DNA from: an uncultured Poribacteria bacterium
Lineage (GTDB): Bacteria; Poribacteria; WGA-4E; WGA-3G
Assembly (NCBI GenBank): GCA_958296135.2
Contig: CATQHZ020000001.1
Coordinates: 4,000,001-4,064,000 of the forward strand
Reading direction: 5' to 3'
Length of the DNA stretch: 64,000 bases
The position numbers were made by a program, and so were the translations under genes. The notes beneath the pieces are model-generated. The model made no database searches and had not been told where the DNA came from. It was given only the letters and a program-made list of their open reading frames with translations. Positions 58,326-64,000 of this stretch are shown in pieces. Position 1 is the stretch's first letter. Every line of letters starts with the position of its first letter.

Positions 58326-59831
58326 ATGAACAACCACGGAATCGTCTACATTGTCGGCGCGGGGCCCGGCGATAGAAAACTCATCACCCTCAAAGCCGTT
58401 GAATGCCTGCAGCGCGCCGATGTCGTCATCTATGACCTGCTCCTGAACGATGCGCTGCTGGACTATTGTCCGCCGCACACCGAAAAAATTCAGGCACCAG
58501 ACCCTCGCATCCGAACAACCCGCCAAGCCGAGCTCAATCAGCTCCTGGTCCAACACGCGAAGGCAGGGAAAACCGTCGTCCGTCTGAAAGGGGGCGATCC
58601 TTACGTTTTCGGGCGCGGCGGCGAGGAGGCACTCGCCCTCACCGAAGCCGGCATCCCGTTTGAGGTGGTGCCCGGCATCACCGCCGCTATCGCCGCGACA
58701 GCATACGCCGGCATCCCCGTCACGCATCGCGACTACGCCTCATCGGTTGCGTTCGTCACTGGGCATTCCGCCGCGATGCGCGCCAATTCAAACATCAATT
58801 GGGCGCACCTCGCCACCGCCGTGGACACCCTGGTCGTTTACATGGGTGTTGCGCACCTCGCGCAGATTGTGGAACGCTTGATAACCCACGGCAGAAATCC
58901 GCAAACGCCTGTGAGTCTCATCCGCGTCGGCACGACACCGCAGCAGCGCGTCATCCAAGGCACATTGAAAGATATTGTCCAAAGAGCAACGGGTGCGCAG
59001 CTCAAAAGTCCCGCCGTCATCGTCGTTGGCGAGGTAAATCAGCTGCGCGAACACCTCCGTTGGTTTGATACCAAACCGCTTTTCGGCAAACGGGTGCTTG
59101 TCACGCGCGCCCGCGCGCAGGCCAGTGAATTCGCCGCGCTGCTAGAGGCGAACGGTGCCGAGGTAATCCAATTTCCCACGATAACGATTCAGCCGCTCCG
59201 AGAGAACCCGCGCCTCGCCGCCGCCATCGCCGCCTTGTCCGAATACGGATGGGTGATTTTCACGAGTGTCAACGCCGTTGAGATTTTCTATCAACGTCTC
59301 CGAGAAATTGGCAAGGATGCACGCGTTTTCAGCAGATGCAAAATTTGCGCTGTCGGCAAAAAAACGGTTGAGGCGTTGAACGGCATCGGCATCCACCCCG
59401 ATTTCGTCCCGACGCAGTCGCGCGGCAGTGCTATCGCCGCCGAGATAGCGGATGTCACCGATCAGCACATCCTCCTCCCGCGCGCCAAAATCGCCACCGC
59501 CGAACTACCGGCTGCTTTACGCGCGAAAGCAGCACGCGTTGATGACATCCCACTCTACGAAACGCTCGCCGTCGCCAACGAAAACCACGATGCAATTGCG
59601 GCGCAGCTCTTAAACGGCGAGATTGACATCGTCACGTTCACCAGTTCCTCAACGGTAACGAATTTTTTAGCAATGTTTCCTGCAGATACATTGACAGACG
59701 TTCGCGTCGCTGTCATCGGGCCCTCCACACAAGCCACAGCGGAAGCACACAGCGTGCCAGTCGACATCGTCGCACCCGAAGCAACCATAGAGAGTTTGGT
59801 TGAGGCGATAATATCAAATTTAGGTCCGTAG
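58326..59831 (+). CDS. cobA: Uroporphyrinogen-III C-methyltransferase / uroporphyrinogen-III synthase fusion (CobA-HemD)
   Basis: VGAGPGD, RLKGGDPYVFGRGGEE; VLVTRA, FTSVNAV, FTSSSTV. Confidence 0.95.
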   Translation: MNNHGIVYIVGAGPGDRKLITLKAVECLQRADVVIYDLLLNDALLDYCPPHTEKIQAPDPRIRTTRQAELNQLLVQHAKAGKTVVRLKGGDPYVFGRGGEEALALTEAGIPFEVVPGITAAIAATAYAGIPVTHRDYASSVAFVTGHSAAMRANSNINWAHLATAVDTLVVYMGVAHLAQIVERLITHGRNPQTPVSLIRVGTTPQQRVIQGTLKDIVQRATGAQLKSPAVIVVGEVNQLREHLRWFDTKPLFGKRVLVTRARAQASEFAALLEANGAEVIQFPTITIQPLRENPRLAAAIAALSEYGWVIFTSVNAVEIFYQRLREIGKDARVFSRCKICAVGKKTVEALNGIGIHPDFVPTQSRGSAIAAEIADVTDQHILLPRAKIATAELPAALRAKAARVDDIPLYETLAVANENHDAIAAQLLNGEIDIVTFTSSSTVTNFLAMFPADTLTDVRVAVIGPSTQATAEAHSVPVDIVAPEATIESLVEAIISNLGP

Positions 59832-59896
59832 GACCTTAGGGAGAGGTAGGCGCGCCCTCCTGCGTCCCGCTGCAATTGGTAGTCTCAATGCAATTG

Positions 59897-60089
59897 GTAG
59901 GCGAGCCCTCCCGCGTCTCGATGCAATAGTCCGGTAGGCGAGCCCTCCCGCGTCTCGATGCAATTGGTAGGAGAGACCTCTGGTCTCGATGCAATTGGTA
60001 GGAGAGACCTCTGGTCTCGATGCAATAGTCCGGTAGGAGAGCCCTCCTGGTCTCGATGCCCCGGTAGGAGAGACCTCCTGGTCTCGATG
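59897..60089. repeat. Six tandem family-B REP units
   Basis: GTAGG(C/A)GAG(C/A)CCTC..GTCTCGATGC with short linkers. Confidence 0.85.
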
Positions 60090-60202
60090 CTCAAAACGCG
60101 AGTTCTCGCCCTGCCGCGCGCCCAGAATTTTATGGCAGAATCACCCAGGGCCTAAATGTCTACAGCACCAAATCTCTTCGACCTCATACCCGAAAAAATC
60201 CC

Positions 60203-60231
60203 TTGACATTTTTTGCATATTGTTATAAAAT
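60203..60231 (+). promoter_or_regulatory. sigma70 promoter with no adjacent credible ORF
   Basis: TTGACA-17-TAAAAT. Confidence 0.65.
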
Positions 60232-60861
60232 ACTCATAACATCACGCATACCGTCGTCGTGCAAGGGAGAAAAAAGCCCTGTCCCTCGCCAACGTTACCA
60301 AAGGCCGATGAACCCTACGTCTTTCAGGAAGACGACGAATAGGAAGCCGTCCTACAACTCTGAGTGTTTAGCCAAAATGTTTCAAAAGCCGACGAACCCC
60401 TGTAGTACAGGCGTTCATGAGACTATTTTTAACCCCAAAGGTCATTATGTTAGCCGACATTGACCTTTGCCCACAGTCACAAAAAGCGCAGCAAGCCCTG
60501 TGACACAGCGGTGCAACCGACCTGGAAAAACCGCTTGAAAAATCGCAAAAAAAAAAAATTCCGATTTTTCGTTTTGCAAGAACCCGAGTGTCACAGGGCT
60601 CCAACCGAATTCGCAAAGGTCAATGCATGACCACCGTTAAACCACAAGGGCGGCGCGCCCTCCCGCGTCTCGATTGAACTTTTCGTTTTTGATGGCAACC
60701 GTGAACATCCACAACGCGCCCCACGCTGTCTGAGCACCGGCTGCCGCAAACGATGGCTACCGAATAACTAAATGTCTCTGATTCTCACTCCTGAAACTGT
60801 CGGGATACGGATGTCCCACCTACCGAAAAAAATCTTTTTTAAAGTTTTTACTATAAAAAAC

Positions 60862-60890
60862 TTGCAAAATGCATTAAAATGTGGTATACT
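60862..60890 (+). promoter_or_regulatory. sigma70 promoter of moaA-sufC-sufB
   Basis: TTGCAA-17-TATACT with TG extension. Confidence 0.7.
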
Positions 60891-60928
60891 ATTAATAAAT
60901 AAACGTCATTTTGTCCTATTAGCAGAAA

Positions 60929-61936
60929 ATGAAACAGCAACTGCGCGACCGTTTTGGACGCATCCATACGAATCTCAGAATTTCTGTCACAGATGTCTGC
61001 AACTTCCGGTGCATCTATTGCATGCCTGAAGACATGGCATTCATGCCGGATGCCGCCCTGATGAAGTTTGACGAAATCCTGCACCTCACCCGCATCTTCG
61101 CCGGGCTCGGGGTGAACAAAGTCCGCATCACCGGCGGCGAACCGCTCGTCCGGGCTGGCGTGCCGCAGCTCATCGCGCAACTGAAGCAAATCAACGGGGT
61201 GAAAGACATCAGTTTGACAACCAACGGCATCGGGCTCATTACGCAGGCGCAGGCACTCTACGATGCCGGGCTCCGCCGAATTAACGTGAGCCTTGATACC
61301 CTCAATGAGGAAAAGTTCGAGCAGATGACGCGCCGGAAAGTACTGTCACGCGTCATCGCTGGGCTCAAAGCGGCACACCAGTGCGGGTTCGACCCGATTA
61401 AAGTCAACGCCGTTGCAATGCGCGGGTTTACCGACGACGAAATCGTCGAACTCGCAACCTTCGCACGAGACAACGGCTACCAACTCCGGTTCATAGAATT
61501 CATGCCGCTCGATGCCGATGATATCTGGGGCAGGAATATGTTCATCCCAGGAAAAGAAATTATCGAAAAAATCAACGCTGTCTATCCGCTGGAGCCAGTA
61601 ACTCTCAACGGCGATGCCGCCAGGGATGCAAAAAGTGACACGGCGAAACGCTACCGATTCGCAGATAACGGCACCGAAGTCGGCGTGATACCCTCGGTAA
61701 GCGAACCGTTCTGTGAAAATTGCAACCGCGTCCGCCTCACTGCCGATGGCAAGTTCCGGACATGCCTCTTCTCGCTAACCGAGACAGACTTGCTCACGCC
61801 CCTACGCAACGGCGCATCGGACGAAGCGATTGCGCAGCTGATTCGCGATGCCGTCGCACAAAAAGCGGCAGGACATAAAATTAACGCCGCCGATTTCATC
61901 AAACCCGAACGAAACATGTCACGCATCGGCGGATAA
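60929..61936 (+). CDS. moaA: GTP 3',8-cyclase
   Basis: LRISVTDVCNFRCIYCMP, TGGEP, FCENCNR, C-terminal IGG. Confidence 0.97.
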   Translation: MKQQLRDRFGRIHTNLRISVTDVCNFRCIYCMPEDMAFMPDAALMKFDEILHLTRIFAGLGVNKVRITGGEPLVRAGVPQLIAQLKQINGVKDISLTTNGIGLITQAQALYDAGLRRINVSLDTLNEEKFEQMTRRKVLSRVIAGLKAAHQCGFDPIKVNAVAMRGFTDDEIVELATFARDNGYQLRFIEFMPLDADDIWGRNMFIPGKEIIEKINAVYPLEPVTLNGDAARDAKSDTAKRYRFADNGTEVGVIPSVSEPFCENCNRVRLTADGKFRTCLFSLTETDLLTPLRNGASDEAIAQLIRDAVAQKAAGHKINAADFIKPERNMSRIGG

Positions 61937-62019
61937 CACAACAAACGATAGCACGTAAATAACCCATCCCGACAGCAGGCCGTTAGGCCTGCAATGTCTA
62001 TAGGAGAACAACGCAACGA

Positions 62020-62805
62020 ATGAGCAATGCCCTGATGATTAAAGATTTGCACATCAGTGTCCAAGGAAAACCGATTATCAACGGCTTAAACCTCAACGTC
62101 AACCAAGGCGAAATTCATGCTTTGATGGGACCGAACGGCTCAGGCAAAAGCACCCTCGCCAACGGGTTAATGGGGCATCCACTCTACGAGATTGATGCCG
62201 GCGAAGTCGTTTTCAACGGTGCCAACATCCTGGAATTAGAGCCCAACGAACGCGCGAAACTCGGACTGTTCCTCGCATTCCAATACCCGACAGCCATTCC
62301 GGGCGTCAGTCTCGCAAATTTCCTGCGGCTCGCTGTCAGTGCCGTTCGTTCAGAAAGCGCCAACGGCACCGGGACTCACGAACTCATCCCAATGCGGGAA
62401 TTCCGCCGAGAACTCCGCCAGAAAATGAGGCAACTCGGCGTTGATGATTCCTTCGCCACGCGCTACCTCAACGACGGGTTTTCCGGCGGTGAGAAAAAGC
62501 GCGCCGAAATCCTGCAACTCGCGATGTTAGAACCCAAAATCGCCATTCTTGACGAGACAGACTCTGGCCTGGATATCGACGCAGTCAGAATCGTCGGCGA
62601 GAGTGTCAACCAACTAATCGGACCCGAATTGGGGGTGCTGATTATCACCCATTACCCACGACTGTTGGACTACATCCGCCCGCAGTTCGTGCACATCCTG
62701 CTTGATGGCAGAATCGTTGAATCCGGCGGATGGGAACTCACGCAGATGTTAGAGGCAGAAGGATATGACCCGGTCCGCGAGAGATATGGCATTGCCGAAG
62801 GGTAA
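62020..62805 (+). CDS. sufC: Fe-S cluster assembly ATPase
   Basis: GPNGSGKST, FLAFQYP, GFSGGEKK, LDETDSGLD. Confidence 0.97.
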   Translation: MSNALMIKDLHISVQGKPIINGLNLNVNQGEIHALMGPNGSGKSTLANGLMGHPLYEIDAGEVVFNGANILELEPNERAKLGLFLAFQYPTAIPGVSLANFLRLAVSAVRSESANGTGTHELIPMREFRRELRQKMRQLGVDDSFATRYLNDGFSGGEKKRAEILQLAMLEPKIAILDETDSGLDIDAVRIVGESVNQLIGPELGVLIITHYPRLLDYIRPQFVHILLDGRIVESGGWELTQMLEAEGYDPVRERYGIAEG

Positions 62806-62877
62806 GCCCACCGCGCACCATCGCGCGAGGGAAAACCCGGCGATCGCTAATCGCCGAGGGTTACCCTCGCGAGGCTG

Positions 62878-62996
62878 CGTCTTATCAGAACAATCGCGGC
62901 GAACAAGCCCGCAATTTCGTCTTATCAAAACAATCGCGGCGAACAAGCCCGCAATTTCGTCTTATCAAAACAATCGCGGCGAACAAGCCCGCAATA
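62878..62996 (+). repeat. 40-bp tandem repeat x3 between sufC and sufB
   Basis: CGTCTTATCA(G/A)AACAATCGCGGCGAACAAGCCCGCAAT repeated without spacers. Confidence 0.85.
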
Positions 62997-63018
62997 CGGA
63001 ATAAGGAGAAAAACGAAA

Positions 63019-64000
63019 ATGGCAACCCCACAAACCAACACCGTTGACGAACTCGGCATCAGTGCCGAGTACCAATACGGCTTCCACGACGACATCAAGC
63101 CGACGTTCAAATCCCGGAAAGGCCTGGACGAAGAAGTCATCAATCAGATGTCCGACATCAAGGGAGAACCCGACTGGATGCGCCAGTATCGGCTCGACGC
63201 TTACCAAATTTTTAAGCAGAAGCCGATGACAAAATGGGGCGGCGACCTTTCCCAACTTGACTTTGACGACATCTACTACTACGTCAAAGCCTCCGACCGG
63301 AGCGAGAGAAGCTGGGACGACGTGCCAGAGGACATCAAGCGAACCTTCGACCGGCTCGGCATCCCGGAGGCAGAACGGAAGTTCCTCGCCGGGGTCGGCG
63401 CGCAATACGACTCCGAAGTCGTCTACCACAGTATCGTCGAAGAATTGGAAAAAATCGGGGTGATTTTCCTGGATACCGACACCGCTATCAAGGAATACCC
63501 AGAACTGGTGAAGAAGTACTTCGGCACCATCATTCCCTCGGCGGATAACCAGTTCGCCGCGCTGAACAGTGCCGCGTGGAGCGGCGGAAGCTTCGTCTAT
63601 GTGCCCCCCGGGGTGAAAGTGGAATACCCGCTGCAGGCATACTTCCGCATCAACAGCGAGAACATGGGGCAGTTTGAGCGCACGCTCATCATCGCCGACG
63701 AAGGCTCGCAAGTGCATTACGTTGAAGGCTGCACCGCACCGACATACAGCAGTGAATCCTTGCACAGCGCCGTCGTTGAGATTGTCTGCATGAAGGGTTC
63801 GCGGGTGCGCTATACCACCATCCAGAATTGGGCGAACAACGTCTATAATCTCGTCACGAAGCGAGCCCTCGCTTACGAAGACGCGCAAATGGAGTGGGTG
63901 GACGGCAACCTCGGCAGTAAGCTGACGATGAAATACCCGAGCGTCTATATGATGGAGCCGGGGGCGCGTGGCGACATTCTCTCCATCGCCTTCGCCAGCA
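63019..64000 (+). CDS. sufB: Fe-S cluster assembly protein SufB (3' truncated by the window)
   Basis: [41 protein letters not shown]. Confidence 0.96.
   Translation, partial: MATPQTNTVDELGISAEYQYGFHDDIKPTFKSRKGLDEEVINQMSDIKGEPDWMRQYRLDAYQIFKQKPMTKWGGDLSQLDFDDIYYYVKASDRSERSWDDVPEDIKRTFDRLGIPEAERKFLAGVGAQYDSEVVYHSIVEELEKIGVIFLDTDTAIKEYPELVKKYFGTIIPSADNQFAALNSAAWSGGSFVYVPPGVKVEYPLQAYFRINSENMGQFERTLIIADEGSQVHYVEGCTAPTYSSESLHSAVVEIVCMKGSRVRYTTIQNWANNVYNLVTKRALAYEDAQMEWVDGNLGSKLTMKYPSVYMMEPGARGDILSIAFAS

Noticed and set aside
59897-60089. Possible CRISPR array (also 8657-8758, 54150-54330, 62878-62996)
   Set aside because: Units vary, linkers are only ~0-12 nt and repeated rather than unique spacers, and no cas genes are present; these are REP or tandem repeats
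60300-60345. Hammerhead ribozyme (CCGATGA...GACGAA)
   Set aside because: The core deviates from CUGAUGA/GAAA and the flanking stems are not evident
60440-60460. dif site (TTATGTTAG resembles the XerD arm)
   Set aside because: The XerD arm is imperfect and there is no XerC arm at the correct spacing
60640-60928. Moco riboswitch upstream of moaA
   Set aside because: No recognisable motif, and the promoter lies only ~40 nt before the start codon

Overview
A GC-rich bacterial chromosome segment. It is probably from Candidatus Poribacteria (sponge symbiont type); this is inferred from secreted WD40/LRR proteins carrying dockerin and 'NYPNPFNPETWIPYQL...RKMLILK' C-terminal domains. Housekeeping content: a mazEF-like pair, tRNA Gly-Cys-Val, argJ, a sugar catabolism cluster (GH172/DUF2961, TIM-barrel epimerases, dgoD), waaA, trxA, a Tat-exported PaoABC-like molybdoenzyme, a type IIG restriction-modification fusion, several oxidoreductases, a tetrapyrrole cluster (hemB, hemL, sirC/cysG-N, ccsA, hemA, hemC, cobA-hemD), moaA and sufC-sufB. 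Five observations stand out. (1) An unannotated sigma54-type promoter with tandem enhancer boxes precedes a ~100-nt hairpin RNA that has an anti-Shine-Dalgarno 5' tail (37830-38034). (2) A dense set of GTAG-type REP palindromes forms doublet arrays, carries nested loop insertions, sits inside small MITEs, supplies stop codons and is inserted in frame in proteins. (3) Secreted repeat proteins have DNA-conserved frameworks with variable binding positions and are flanked by duplicated REP blocks, which suggests a cassette-like, diversifying surface-protein repertoire. (4) Five paralogs share a TapB/DUF3108-like domain. (5) A promoter-led nested inverted-repeat element lies upstream of moaA. All functional calls come from motif recognition only; no searches were run.
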